The position numbers and the translations under genes were made by a program. A model generated the notes under the pieces. The model worked only from the letters and a program-made list of their open reading frames with translations. It had not been told where the DNA came from and did no database searches. Below, in pieces: positions 17,379 through 32,890 of a DNA stretch of 64,000 bases (its first letter is position 1; each line of letters opens with the position of its first letter). This DNA comes from the human T2T-CHM13v2.0 reference genome, Homo sapiens: assembly GCF_009914755.1 (NCBI RefSeq), contig NC_060935.1. One strand, 5' to 3'.

Positions 17379-18944
17379 TTAAGTTATGAATGAGGAATGA
17401 GTCTAATCCTTCTAGACTACAGTAGAAAATATGGAGGTGGTAGGTGGGGTAGTTTGAGAAGCCAAGACGTTTTAGGGTTCATACCCACTCTGTGCTATCT
17501 CCATCCTCCATGCTCTGTTTGGACAGCCAGTACCCACTCTAGTTACCTCAGCACTTCAGATCAGGTGTCATAAAAAGGTGCACCACTTTTAAAAGGTTGC
17601 TGACACCCCCATACACTGCAGTTAACATTATTCTAACTTAATTTAATAGGTGAGCAAGTTAATGGAAAACAATGAAATCTGGATCAAGAAATAAGAATTT
17701 ATAAGAATCAAAATGTAGTATAAAATTACATGATCAAAGAAAACAAAGTAAATCCATAAATGTTCATTCCCAATGTTTATTTGATGTCCCAAATAAATAA
17801 AGTTTAGGAGGATGAAATCATGCCAATAAAATCCACTCTGAATTTTTTTATACAACTAATTTTTTGCACTGTAATTTAGGCAGAAAGAAAATGATTTTAA
17901 ATTAAAATTTTTAACACATATAGGTAATTAAATTTATGTGGCTATTTTCTAAGAAAATGTCTTAAGAGGAGTTCAAGGAAATAAAGTATAAAATTTCATT
18001 AAATTTACCTTCATTGGAAGAATATATGATGAAATAGATTTTTAAAGTTTCCTAAAGAAACTGTTATTCTATCTGACAGAACCAAAGTCTTTCTTTTTTT
18101 TTCCTTCTCTTAGATTGGCATGACCTACAAGAAAATACCCATTTATGGTTTCCAAATGCCAACATGTCGACATTTCTATATTTTTTCCATCCTTCATGCA
18201 AGTTTTAAAATTTACTTGACAATTAAACTGCCTAATTTAGAATTTTGCTTGCCAATTGCAAATTCTTTCGTTGCACAGATCTATGAATTAATCAGAACAA
18301 AGTAGAAAAGTGCTAGCCATAGTGGAAGAATTTAGTTTAATTTTTCTTCTTGGCAGGAATATGTGTTCAAGTACATTATAAGCAGACAAAACATGTAGCT
18401 GAAAATTTTTTGGAAGAGCTATTAAACTTTCCACTATAATGAACCAGTGATGCTTCTAATATCTCAAATAGAATTCTATTGATTTGGAACCTGTTCTCAT
18501 GTTACTTAGCAGGTCTTCAAGGTAGATAATGAGTTGTAATTACTATTTCCTTTAAAAGGACTTGGACAAGATGAGCTGCAGGGTGGTGACTTCAGAACTG
18601 GCATACTATGCTCTATTTTTCTTTACTCCTCTTTGTACTTTGTGTCCTTTTAAAATCATTTGTATTATCAACTCCATTTTAGAATAGGTAATAATATAAA
18701 GTAGAGAAATTTACATAAAATGAAGATTTCCCTTTGTCTCACATATATTTTCATCCAAATTTAACTTTCTTTCCATTTCAATAAAGTCCCTTTTCTTTTT
18801 TTGACAAAGAAGGTAAAAGTAATTTTTAAAGGAAACATGGAATCTGTTCCCAGTGTGTTTATAGATTGGCTTAATAGAAATAATGCATAGTTTATAAAGC
18901 ATCTCCATGAAGATATCACTGAACACAGGACATAGGATTTGGAC

Positions 18945-19150
18945 TAACACTAAACCTGACTAAACTCTTGGCTCCACTATGTATAGCTGAGCGACCGTGG
19001 GCAAGTGTTGTAATCTCTCTGAGCTTTGGTTTTTGCTAAGAAGTAAGGCCAATAATACTTGGTGACTAATCAAGAGGCTGTAAGTAAAGCATTTTGCACA
19101 GTCCCTGGTATACAGTAAGAATTTAATAAACAGAAACTACTATTATCATC
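18945..19150 (+). mobile_element. MIR fragment
   Basis: ggctccact...tagctgagcgaccgtgggcaagtg...acagtccctggtatacagtaag. Confidence 0.7.
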
Positions 19151-22100
19151 CAGGCAGAAGAATAAATGGAGTACTTAATCCTTTTACTAATTCAAGTGTG
19201 TGCTAATTGAAATCTCTAACACCTCATTAATGTGGAATGACTTGGGAGTTTAGTGGTTCTCACTGGTCAAAAATTTCCCTAATTACTTAAAGATGTTTAT
19301 TATCATTAATAATTTAAATCAGGGAAGTCACGACTTCTCTGAGCTACTCACTTAAGTAGATCAAACCCCATCCAACCGTGTTGGAATTCACTCACGTTCT
19401 TTCCGAACAGTAAAGCTACCATAGATTTTTACCATGGTCCTTTCAACTTTTTACCTCTCTGATCTCATTTTATTCCATTTTACCCTCAAAACAACCCAGT
19501 AAGGAAGGGTAAAACTCAAAAGATCCTTACCGGTGTGGCTCCTGGACCTATTTAATAATCTATTAAGATCATACAGATCTAAGGAAACTGACATCCCTGG
19601 GTATTTATACAAGTGAGTGTATGTGTGAGAGAGTCAACTACACTTGAGTTCTGAAGAATGGGACTGTCGGTAGGGGCTGATGTGAAGGGCAGGCATAGGG
19701 TGAAAGATCACTGGGCTTGACTCTTGGTTGTTGAAGGGAGGACACCGACTGGCAAATATGGCCATGCCTGTATTATTCCACTCTGGGACATATTTGTGGC
19801 ATATATGAGATGTAAGAATGAATCCTTCACAGGGACATTGGATGGGTTTTTCAGGCTATGTAGTAAATAACTATTTGGATGGTGCAGGCAAAGAGTTAAC
19901 AAAAACTCTTTTCCTTTTTGCATGAGAATCTGACCTTTGGTTAACTTCTTAACTTGGTTTCCCTGGAAACAGATAAAGATGGTATGTGTCAACTATGTTA
20001 CTAGGCAACATTGCATATGGTAAAAATGACCCCTCATTGGTAGAGTGCATCTGGACTGGGAGGAACTATAAATGAACTGCAAATACCTGCTGGCTATGCT
20101 TTGGACTTCCCTGAATGCAGCAGTTCTTGTAACTAGCATGTCTCTGGAGAGGACCTTGCAAACTATGTCTATGGAGTTGTTACAAGAGTTACTGACTCCT
20201 ATGGGAAATAAGGCTCTTAAGTAAAGGCAATTCCTTCACCTGCCCAGTGTGGATCTCATCATTTGGCACCCGAGCTTCCATGGCTCTAATTGCAGAAGAA
20301 TACCTGATGCTGGCCTACTGGCAAGCTATAGTTCTGATCCTATATTCTTCTGGGCAGACTGATGTCAAATGTGATGTGTGATAGTCTTAGGAGTCTAAAT
20401 GTCTAGCTGAGCCTAAGAAATCCCCCTGCTGGCTGTTGCATGTTGGTTTAGTGTCATTTCCTTTGGATAATCTGTGAGGCATGACTTTCTGGAAGAGATC
20501 TGAAAACAAGGAGGTCTTCTGTAGTGCCTTTATCTATAGAAACTTAAAATTAATTCATCCATCCATCTATCCAACCATCCATCCGTCCAATATTTATTTA
20601 GAATCTACAATGTGGTAAGAATTGTGGCAGATAAAACATATATTCAAGGTCCTTTCTCTCAATTAGTCCTCACATTCTATGGAAGGAAAAGAGGTATATA
20701 TTGATCATTAGTAATACCAGTAATACTAATATCCAATATTTATTAAATACCAGATACTTTGTTAAACCCTTTACATTTAATCTTTAGTTTGACCCTTTCA
20801 TTTAATCCTTAATAAGAATTCTGTGAAGTATGTATTATTCTACCTACTAATAATACTAATGTGTATTATTCTACACATTTTATAGACAATAAATTTGAGG
20901 CATGCAGAAGCTGCCTCAAGGTCACACCCCTAGCATGGCATCTGAGCTCAGGCAGTCTGATTCTAGATCTCATGCCCTCAACTAGTGTGTTATTTAGTGT
21001 GATGTGCAACTAAATAGAGGTTCACATCAAGGACTTCATTCAACAGTTTTCTATGCAGGGTCTTCTGCCTCCACTTTCCCATCTCCTCAAATGCCTGAAA
21101 GCCCACCAGTTAAAATTAATTTGCGTTAACAAGCAACCATTCAGGAGGCATCAGGAGAACCAGGGAGATAGGCAAAGAGCAGAAAAAGGGCAAACTTTAC
21201 CTGGATTTAATTGTCTATCAGTTTTATGCCTCCCTGTCTCCAGAGATGGCTTAAACTACTCTCTGACCCAACTTGACCAGCTTCCTTGTCCAGTTCTGAA
21301 GGGCCTGGCTCACAATTAGGCAGAAGTGAGCATTGTGGCATTGTATGTCTTCAAGGATTCCGTTTAGAAACTAGACTATGAGATGAAATGAAACAATGCA
21401 TGTAAAGTGACCACAACTGTACCTGTCATGTCTTAAACACTCTATAAGTCATAGCTATTATTATTCTTTCTTCCTGTATTGCTTGCAAAATGCTACAAAC
21501 TATCAGAAAGTCAGACCTCTCAGTGGCTTTAGCACCTAGTATTATTTTCAGTCATATACATTCTTTGCATGTCTGTCAGGAACATATTTGTTAAGTGCTT
21601 GTTGGGTGAACCAAGGTAGTGACTACAGAAAGTACAGGGAGCCATATTAATCAATATCCATATGATACATTTAGGAACACATACTAGGAAATTTGAAAAT
21701 GCATTAAGAACCCTTACCATGAGGCATCTACCACATGGAAATTGTCAGGTCTCCAGTTCTTACTCCCCAGAAAGGGGACTGTTTTGACTACAGAGAAAAT
21801 TTGCTATTATTAATGCTTATCAAGCTAAGTTCATACAGAAATAAGTAAGAGAGTCAGGAGCCACTCTCCTCTTTGTCACACTCCTTGGACTTAACGACAC
21901 CACTCTGCTTCTGCCCAGTTTTTAGTAAACATGGCCTTCACCATCAGCCAACCTTAGTTCCAAACACTTCTCAGGAGAAACCTTAATGATAGGCTGTGGT
22001 TCCTTTTTATCCACCAGAGCTGTCTTGTCTGATATCACATTGATGCCCTGTGTCAATGCCATTTGGATCTTTCCTGTGTATAGAGTCTTAGACCAATTTT

Positions 22101-23353
22101 CCATTTTGTGAGTTTCCTTCTGCTCCTAACAAAGAACAGAGAAATGCTCTCCACATTCTGCTTCCAGAGCTGCTCAAGTCTCTCTGAAGATTCAGTACCT
22201 AGTCTAGGTTTCTTTTGCTGGGGGTTAGATTCTGAAACATTGAGTTCCCTGGCTTCTTTGCCTAGAATGAAGCCTAGAGCCAGAAACGATCTAAGGCAAA
22301 GATCTCAGAAGAAGGTCCCACCTCAGGTGATGAGCCTTGCCTGGCCTGAAGTCTAGGGTGAGACTTAAGTGCTGGACTGTCAGCATAGCTTACATTTCAC
22401 AGAACAAACCAGAACTCCATTCAGCACTCCACTTACTTCATCTGGCAAACATTATGAAGCAGGTACTGTACTAAGTTTGGGGAACAGAAAGTTGGCAAAG
22501 ACAAGGTGTCTTCCCTTGAGAAATTCAAAGTCATTAATTGTTCATGTAACACAGAATACATTCATGAGTTCATTTTTTTAGAAAAAGGAATATTGATTCT
22601 CAAACTCTCATAGAGAAATGTTCACTACTTCCTCTAGCCTGGAGTCCTAAAATGTCTGACTCAATGAAGAAAAATGCCAACTGCCACTAGAGCCTACTCA
22701 AATGAAAACTCTGTAGCAGAATGATCTTGATTATCTCAGAAATCCCTGACAGAAATGGAAGCAATATAAATAAACACAAAAGAAAATAGAGGTACTGTAA
22801 CACAACTATAAATTGCTCTTCTCCCCGACTTTCTTCCAATCATCCAGGGCAAAAGAAGGAAGTTGGTCTTTGTGGCAGAGAATAGACCAGCAGCTGTTCT
22901 CTATCCTGCCAAGAGGGGAGAGACTTATTATAAACAATAGCCAACAATATGTCCTTTGGGACGGGAAACTCAGCCAATTTGGAGGGGGCCAGTCTGGAAG
23001 AGAGAAGGAGGGTTAATGGGATGGGGGGGTGACCAACATAACAGAGGATGAATTAGGAGAAAACACTATCAAATTTTCCTGTGTACTTATGTTTCTATTA
23101 CCTCATTAGGGTGATTACATAATGTGACTCCATTTATAAACTAAGAGGGAAGGAAGGGGCGACATTCTCCTTAGCGGTGGCTGATGTGAGACATTAACAT
23201 ACCAATAAGTCATGTGGGCAAACAGTTAACATGTTTGGGAACATCTTTCCTTTCTCTCTTCATCTGTTTGGTATTTTGTCTGCTCCTTCCCTCCTTTCAG
23301 CCATATATGTGTATCTGTGACTCAGAAATGGAAATGGAGCTGACAACTTGGGT

Positions 23354-23365
23354 GCCGCCATTTTG
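23354..23365 (+). promoter_or_regulatory. Consensus YY1 motif GCCGCCATTTTG with adjacent AP-1 site TGACTCA (23318-23324)
   Basis: Exact motif text in non-repeat sequence; function not shown. Confidence 0.4.
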
Positions 23366-26300
23366 AGAGCTCTTCATGTAAGAAATATATGGAGTTTGTT
23401 TTACTGTTTTATATTCCATTGGGAGAAAAAAAAATGAACAATCTTACTTACATGTATTACTATGCATGGGTCCCTTGCCCATTCCTCTCTGCAAAATCCC
23501 CAGAGGAGTTCTTAGCCAGGTGCAGATTGGAATTTTAAAGGTTCTTATTTCTTAGGACATTTTTCTACATGTGGAGAAATGCCATTCTTTTCACAGACTA
23601 ACTTGTCAGTGTCCTGATTCTAAGTAGTAACTCTAGACGGGGATATTTTAGGGGAATGCTGTTTATGGATATACTATTAATTTGTGCCTTAACTTTTTAA
23701 ATAGCTCACTAGGACAGTAAAATTCACTGAGTGATATTTAACAAATGAGGAAAATGGGTTTCAAAAATGTGAAACAACCTGTTCTGATAGTTAGAGAAGG
23801 AGGCCAGACTGCGATCCTGTAACAACAGCAGTTATACAGAACATGACTGTAATAAACAATTTCTAAGGGAGGTTGGACAGTTTAAGGAGGGGTTCCTTTA
23901 TCCATGGGTTCTTCCAATGAGGGAGCAGTGTGGGAGTGTGACGGTGTTAAGTAGGACCAATTCTATTTAAAAGGGTCCCTCAGAGAGAGAGAAAAAAAGA
24001 ATTAACTATTTAGCCTGTATTTGTCTTACATATGGTTTTAATTTGATATACTTACCCTTTGTTCCCATATAACCATATTAACCCTTCCCCATTTTGTTAT
24101 ATTACTTCTGGTTTTAATTTTGGGGGCTTCCAAAGGCATTTTTGCAGTTATCATTTCTCAGAAGATGTGCACTGATTCTGTTTGTTCTTATGATGGCAAA
24201 CTAAATAAAGAGTTTGAGGATCTGCATTACACATGAACAGGAAGGGATTTCTTTATTCAGATTAGAAAAAAATAAATTTTAAATATTTCTATTGTAGACA
24301 GTATAGTAGGGAGATTTCACTCTACCTGGGGCCTGGGAAGTAGTATTTACTTAAATTAGCAATCAGTCCATTCATTTAGATCTACTGTTCCATATGTTTT
24401 CTGTTCACATTATTTTGGTTACAGTATCTTAGCTATCCAGCAGATGGCATCTGCTTCAAAACTCTCCTAACTTCCATTTACATTTCAGGACAAACAGGAT
24501 ACTGATACATTGAAACCTCCCTTAATTGACTTCTACATTTAGTACCTAGAAAAGGTTGCTGGAAATATAATTAAGGGTAGACCATTCATTCCCTTTTTCT
24601 TGGTAAGAGTCATACTTCTCTCTTGCCATGCCCATGGCACTACCATGGACGCCTAAGAAAACCTCAATAATTTGAAAGGAAACATAATCAGAATTAAACC
24701 CACAAGCTCTCTTTAAAAATCTATTACTTTAATTGCTTTCAGCACTACACAAGAGCTTAGTATTAATGGCAGATTTAGACAAGCAAAGCTAATCTCAAAC
24801 CTCCTCTAAGAGAGGAAAGAGGCAGGGGGGAAAAAAAAGAGCCAGCTACTCCAAGAAGTGAGGGTAAATGAATACACAAAGCTTTATGCATAGTTACCAT
24901 ACAGAGCCTTTTCTCTCTATACTTTGTATGAAAAGATGGGTGTGATTGAATGACTTCTAACGTTTAATGACACCTTTGCTCCAGTGCTTTGTAAAGCTCA
25001 CACATGAATACACTGATCCATTTCCAGATGATCCTGGGGCCCCCATCCTTTTGTGTCAAGCACAAAGAAAAAGGAGAGAGAGGGAGAGACAGAGACAAAG
25101 AAACAGCCCATGTAACCAAGCGCCGAACATGATTTGAACAACCAACTTAGTAAACATCAATCTTAGGCTGTGTTATGTGAAATGGAGTCATACTCCAAAA
25201 GAAATGTTGGCTACATTTAAAAGATCACTTTGTCTAAAGAAAATGCCAAGTTGAATTTTCATGTACTAAGTCATCTTTCTACAAGAAGCTGACAAGACAA
25301 AAGCAACAAAGTGAAAAGGTAAAAAATGGCTCATTTGAAAAAAAGTAATAGCATTATAACCTTTTTTTTAAAAGGGTCTGGTTTCCTTGTTTTATATTAT
25401 TTGTCAGGGATCAATGTGGCCATGACAAAAGCAATGGGTTAGAAATCAAAAGACTTGTGTGACTTGCTGTATTACTTTGTGAATCACTTCACCTCCCTGG
25501 AAGGCGGTTTTCATCTATGTAATATAAAGGATGGAACCAAATTACTTTTGGGTTCACCTTCAGCTCATGTTTGTTCTAACAGGGCATCCCTGCCCCCACA
25601 GGGCAGGCTCTTAGCACTCATTTGTGAGTGTGAGTCATAAGAAAGGATGGTGGAGCTTGGATAGTGGTGGGGTCTGGAGCTAGTTTGCCCAAACTGAGCC
25701 ATTGGAAAGGATTCTAAAATTCTGAAGCATTTTAGAATCCTTTGGGTCACATGTTCTCTCTTTTAGTTTTATGGCTATTTTCTGAGGAAAAAAAAAAAAA
25801 AAAAAGCCCAGGTTGGGAATCCAAAGTCTTTGACATGAATCTCTTTTGTTCTAACTTTTAGCTCAAAATAAAGTGCATTTGACCATTCAATTCTTTATGT
25901 GTAGCATCATGCACATTCATGAATCTCTTTAAATCTGGAATTTAAAAATGCCTGACATCTCCTGCCACAGCCGCTGTTAATATACACAATAGATTCTTCA
26001 GAAATGCAAGGTTAGAACATTTGAAGCATGAGAATACTGATTTACATGGAAGCTGAGAGTATACAGTATCAATAAAATGTACCTTTGACATCTTGGCTTC
26101 CAGAGAAATACACTTTCTTTGTTCATTCACAAGTCTACTCTATTTCCACCTCAGATTTAATTATCTTCCCAGTTCTCATTTGCGTATGTGTAGACTACCA
26201 TTCACAATACACCAAGCCCTACGTGTGGGAGGCACAAATCTTTTCATTCAAAAAATAATAATGTGGACAAGCCATTTTGACTGCAAAGTAAGTGCTTTAG

Positions 26301-27691
26301 ACAAAGGCAAGAGGATGTTAATTGTATTCTAAGAATACCAATGTCCTTGAAATGAAATTTGTTGTTTGGTGTATTGATCTACATCAGTAGTGTAGACTTT
26401 CAATGATCTAGTTTCACCTTCTGAGTTTGCTGATTAAAGAAATGCAGCCCGAGAAGTATAAAAGGTTTGCCCCCAAATCACCCAGATCTACAGTAGCAGA
26501 AGTAGGACAAGAACTTGGGGTTTTCTTTTTTGTTTATGACTTACACACTAGAATCAGTTATACATCCATGAGTGCCATGGATGCCAGGATCTCACTACTG
26601 CTGTGCATCCTTTCTGTTTCTCTGACTCTCAAATTTATTCTCTTTGAAGTGAGCTCTCTAGAAGCCATTTCGTTCCTGATTTGGAGTTGATATCCCCTGC
26701 ATGCCTCTCTCACATCCTTTTAACTTCTCCTAAATGCAACTTAAGCCAAAATAACGTCATTTATCCATCCCTCCATCTCTTCAATGTCTGTCCATTTATC
26801 TATCCATCTATTCATTCATACATCCAGGCATCTATCCATTTCTCCATCCAAAAACAAACAACCTCAGAGTGTCGAGTCCTAATCTAGACCTGGTAACCAA
26901 AATAAAATAGTATTGTTCCTCAAAAAGCTCCTAATAGAGCTGAGTTTGCTCCTGAATAATCTTTTTAAAAAGTATGCCAGTTTTATAGTTTTTCTTAACA
27001 ATTATTTTAAAAAGATTCACATTATTACGACAAATGTTTCACTTTCCTTATTTTCTAAATACAGCAACACTTCATCTATTTGGCTTTGGCAGAGAACGAG
27101 GTGTTCCACAAAAGTAAACTCTGTAGACCACTGAAACCAAAACTTCTGAACAGAAATCTTCCTTAAAGTGCATTTCATACTTCTCTGCCTTTGGAAACAA
27201 AATATACCAAACACAATTTAATCTTTTTCATTTTACACAACTGAGAGTGATCTTTAAGGAAAATCCACTATCATAGTGGACAGGGATATTGTTTTGTATA
27301 GAACTTTCCGGGTTTCTCTTTTAATATCGAGCAGTTATCACTTTTCACTGCAAGTTGTGCTTCCTTCCAGCAGTCCTTTCATGAACTCTTCTAATTTGCA
27401 GGACCAGGAATCAGAAAATTCACTAAAAGTTAGGTCTTAAATCTGTGTCAGAGCCAGGAAGGCCTCAAGTAAGGGTGTGAAGTAGAGTATCCACATGGTT
27501 TTAATGAGTAGATTTGGGGACCAAAATTCCATACTATTTTCTTCTGACTACTTCCAAACTTAGAATAATGTAGAGAGGGCTGGGGATACCATGCCTTCTG
27601 GCAAGCTGGCCAGTGCCAGTCAGCCTGATTGGAGCCTTTCATCTTATCCCCAGAAAAGGAGGCAATGATGAGGCCATCCAAGTCCAAGCAG

Positions 27692-28025
<334 letters not shown>

Positions 28026-28278
28026 CAGGCAGTTTTAAACAAGAGCGAGATTGCCTCTTTGAGGTACCTTGTTTAAATGGAACCCAGTTCTTTCTATTCC
28101 TGTTGTAGGAGCCATCAGAATTCTGCCCATCTGCCTGCCAGAATATTTCCTGTTCCATGAGTTATAGTCCAACAATCCCAGCTTCTACTTACAGTGCAAC
28201 CTACTGCCAAGTCCTATGCCAAGCCCTTCTCTATAATAGGATTTCCTACATCTCTGAGAGTGCTACTATCTTATTTTA

Positions 28279-28515
<237 letters not shown>

Positions 28516-28949
28516 AAGAGGAACCTGAGGCACAGAGAGTTTAGGCAATTTACCTAGGGTAAGTTAGTAAGAAGGTACCTTGGACTCTTAGCTTGGTTCT
28601 CTTTGTCACAAATATTTACATGCATAAGATGGTAATTCTGCAAAACTATGACTTAAATGGATGATAGAATTTCATGATCACTTTAAATTTATACTTCATA
28701 ATAGCACTAGGTTATAAAATAAGAGCTGCATGGCCATAGGTGAGTAGATAAAAAGCAATAGTTTAAAAAATCAATCTGGATTGTAGCTCATTCCTTGTCC
28801 ATTTGCAGACTTTGAGTCAGATTTTTAAAACCCCTACTTTCTTGTTCTCTGTGCATGGTTTATGATAAATTGTAAGGTTGAGGAAAACAGAAAGAAGTCA
28901 ATGTTATGTAATAAACATAGAAGTGAATAAAACTATCCTATTTCGTGTA

Positions 28950-29193
28950 CAAGTTGAGTATCCCTTATCTGAAATACTAGGGACCAGAGGTGTTTCAAAT
29001 TTCTCTTTTTTGGGGGTGGGGAGGATTTTGGAATATTTGCATTATTCTTACCAGTTCAGCATCCTAATCCAAAAATCTGAAAACCAAAATGCTCCAATGA
29101 GCATTTCCTTTGAACATCATGTCGGCACTCAAAAAGTTTGAGATCTTGAAGCATTTTGAATTTTGGATTTTTGGATTAGGGATACTCAACCTG
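28950..29193 (+). mobile_element. Tigger4a (Zombi/MER46A) TcMar-Tigger MITE, near full length
   Basis: TIRs CAAGTTGAGTATCCCT / AGGGATACTCAACCTG, left flank TA, ~240 bp; internal text matches the Tigger4a consensus as recalled. Confidence 0.85.
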
Positions 29194-32100
29194 CATTTCA
29201 AAAATGTTTATTGGGAACTGGTCATGGGATAGACATTTTCCTAGTCACGAAGTACTTAAGGATGGAAGAAAAGTGGTCCTTGCCCTTGAGCATCTGACAG
29301 CCCCAAGGGAGATGTAGGATTGTAAGTAAACCACTAGATCAATGTGTTAAGTGCTAAAAGAGAAATATGCTAAAAGGTGCTGGGGGATCCTAACATTTAT
29401 CTCTGCTGAAGGCGAAGATGTTCAATAAGCTAGTGGGTCTAGTTGGTTGAATAAAGCCAAGAGGGAAGAGGAAGAGTACTTCAGGTCCAGGGAACAGCAC
29501 AAAGGCATGAAGGAATAAGAGCTTCATGTGGTAGAAGCTGTTATGGTAAAGTGAGGCAAGAACTTTATGTGTTCAAGTTGAAAATCGTTTTGTAAGGTTA
29601 TAAATGCAATAACTAAAGAAATGTATGATTAAATTTTCTGGCACCATTTTAAGTAGACAAAACATGCAGTTAAGCTTTTCAGAAAAACTAGTAAATTTTA
29701 CAGTACAGTAAACCAGTGATGTTTCTAATATACCAAACAGGATTCAATTGATTTGGAACCTATTCTTGTGTTATTTAAAATGACTTCCTCAATTTACAAT
29801 TTTTTGTCCCTATGTCTCTATACGTGGATCCGGACTTGTTAGACCATTTGTTCTATTTTTTTTTTTCCAGAAAAGATCACTATTTATGTTATCGCCCAGT
29901 ACAAAATCACCCACATATCTATTTTATGACATTTCAAATATAATAGAAACACTGAAGCATGCACAGAGGCCCCAGATCTAAATGAAAAGACCTAATGAGA
30001 AGAAAGTGGGAATTTAAGTGAAAATTGCACGGTAGCACACTTCTGTGAGTACAAATGTGCTGCAATTCGTTAAAGCTGAGGCCTTCTTTTTGGAGACCAA
30101 AGTGCCATTTCAATGCTACTACTCCCTGGGAGAAAATTAGGGTTCTTTGGCAATAAAATCACCTCTTTAAAATCACTGCCAAGTTTTAGTTTATTAGATG
30201 GTAGTCTTGTGGCTGAGATCTAAGAGTTCTTCCTTTTAATACTGTAACAAAGCAGTAGCTCAATGGATAATATAATTCTGTTTTTTTAAAAACATAACTT
30301 GTTTTTCATGAGGCCAGTCTAAAGAAGCATTCTTCCATGTCATAGAAAGAGAGACTGAGAACTCAAGAGGTTTAGTGATCTCTGGGTCTGATGAGAAAGT
30401 GGACCTAGAACGAGCTTTCTTAATCCCCAAGTTATTCTGGCTCTGAAATATAAACAGACACATACATGAAAGAAAGCAAAATGAAGGGCAGCTGTGCTCC
30501 TGTGTATCTGATGATCGGGAACAATAATTGTTTGTTCTATGATTTCTCCTTAAGGAACTTCTCTGCAGGTTGTCGAATTCCCAAGAAAATATTCACATAA
30601 GGGATTCATTTAGAAATCCTGTGAATTTGTCTTAAGCAAAATGACAGTTATTCTTTTGATTACCAGAAGTAGTCTGCTTGGATTATTCTTCCCCTCTGGC
30701 TTTTCTGGATGCAGAGATGGTGCAATTTCAACAGTTGGGTGAAGGACAAAAGTTCACATGACAGTGTGTGCATCTGAAGGTGACTGAATGCTGTTTGAAA
30801 TGAGCTGGAGGCAGGAAAGCCATGCAATGCAGGTTCCTTTTTCTGAACAATGTCTCAGGAGAGGAAAATATAAAGGTGAAAATAAATTTGAGAAGATAAA
30901 TACGGTTCCCTGTTAAGTGCATCAATTGTTAAAATAGAGAGAAACCAGAAATCAGAATTGCTTCCTTGGAATATAGGTGCCTACTACCAGCCCATTTTTG
31001 ACATCAGAATGTCATGACATGAATAAAGAGCAGAAGATCCACAAATCCTACAAGACAGGCCACTTTCCTCCTAGATAAAAGGCATAACAACCCGTAATTC
31101 AGAATTTCAAAAGTAATTTTTTCAGATAAGAAATTTCCATTTCAAACAAAACTTTCCTTTTTCCTTTTCTTTCCTCCTTTTTCTTCTTCCCTTCTTCTTT
31201 TCCTTTTTTTTTAATATCTTAATTTTTCTTTCTGTTAGGGGAAAGTATCTTAAATTTATCCTGCTTACTCTTAATACACCTCATAGATATACATTCCAAG
31301 TAAGGTGAATCAGATGTTTAACGTGAAAGCTTTGTTCAGCATAGACATTTCACTGAATATAAACCACATAGCAAAATGCGAAACTATCATACTATGAGAG
31401 ACGAGTTCCACTTTAAGCATTATTTATAGAAAAAAGTGCATATTTTAAAGAAAAAATGATGATTTTAATCATCTTAAAACATTCTACCACTTTAGTAGTC
31501 TTTTCTGATAAATTTAATCAATTAAGATAAAATAAGTTGAAAGGGAAGGTTGGAGTATGGTACTTTTTTTTTGCCTTGGTTTGTGTTACATGGAGTGACT
31601 CAAAGGAAACAGAAAATTACTACAACTGTGATGTGGCATTTATAATAAGTGCCTCAACCTCATATTGCCCAGACATTAGGAGATTTAACTGGTAATGCCA
31701 GTGAGATGATGTAGTATTTCCTGTACTGTTTTAACTTCTCAATAAGCATGTAGACACTGCAGTGAAGTGCAGGTAAAAAGTTCACAGCTGGAGGGGGTGT
31801 ATAGGAAGTGCTCTGCAAAGCTATAAGCTTACATAGGCATCCAGCTGGAAATAACCTTGTAACAGTGGAGGAGGGAAATACACATGGTAATGATTTACAA
31901 TTTACAGAATGTGGATTTTAGGGGCTACAATAAGGGTGGCAGAGTTTTCTCTCAAAGGGATTCTGAAATATGGAGTGGTGGAAGGAAGGGAAATGTAGAA
32001 TCCAGTTAACAAAGCTGGGAGCACTTTAAGAGTATGCCTGCTAATTTTACCTCTTAGACAGGATATCCAGGAGGCAGCGCCCCTTCCCACCAGCAGCTCT

Positions 32101-32369
32101 CCTTATCCAAAGGGTGCCCAGTCCATTTTTAACATCTGTTTCAAATGTCACATCACAGAGATGTGGTCACTCCCTTTTTAAAAATTTCACCTAGAATTTT
32201 GTACCTAAGAACATTTTTTGTTCCTGAGCCTTCTTTAACTGTGACCCCTTCAACTTCTGCCGCCATGAGATTATATTGTTTCGATGACAAGGGACTGTGT
32301 CTTACTCATCTCTATTATACTGAAGCCAAATATGATTATGTTGCCAACCCCCCAACCTAATAACAGCTT

Positions 32370-32890
32370 TTTCAATGGCTTCCCATTGATTTTAGGATAA
32401 AACCCAAAACAAACTCTTTAGTATGGCTTATACTCATACAAAGTCTTTTATGATTTGGTGCCCGTCTCAGTCCACCCCTCTGTCCACCTCTCTGGCACTT
32501 TGGTGATCTTTTCTTTCCCAGTACATTCCTGCTGTCTCACTTCTTGGCCTTGCACGCATTGCTCCTTGGCCTGGGACATGCTGTACACCTATCTCCACCT
32601 CTGTTGCTGACTCTGTCCTCAGGGTTCACAATCTTCTGTAGGGGCCCCTTCCTTAACCTCAGAGTTATGCATCTGCACACTCTTTTATGCTTCTCCCTCT
32701 CATAACTTGTTCTTTGTTTTATTACTCACTCAGTATTGGTTTTCCCAGCTAGACTGCAGGTTCTGAGAAGTTAGGGGCTGTCTCTGCCTTTTTAGCACTG
32801 TACCCACAGTGCCTGGGGCATGTAGCTTGAATGCATGGTTCTACTATATAAGAACTCAATAAATTTTATTTTTTGATTAAGTGAATGATT
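32370..32890 (+). mobile_element. L2 fragment
   Basis: caatggcttcccattg...aggataaaacccaaa...ccagctagactgcaggttc...cagtgcctgg...actcaataaat. Confidence 0.7.
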
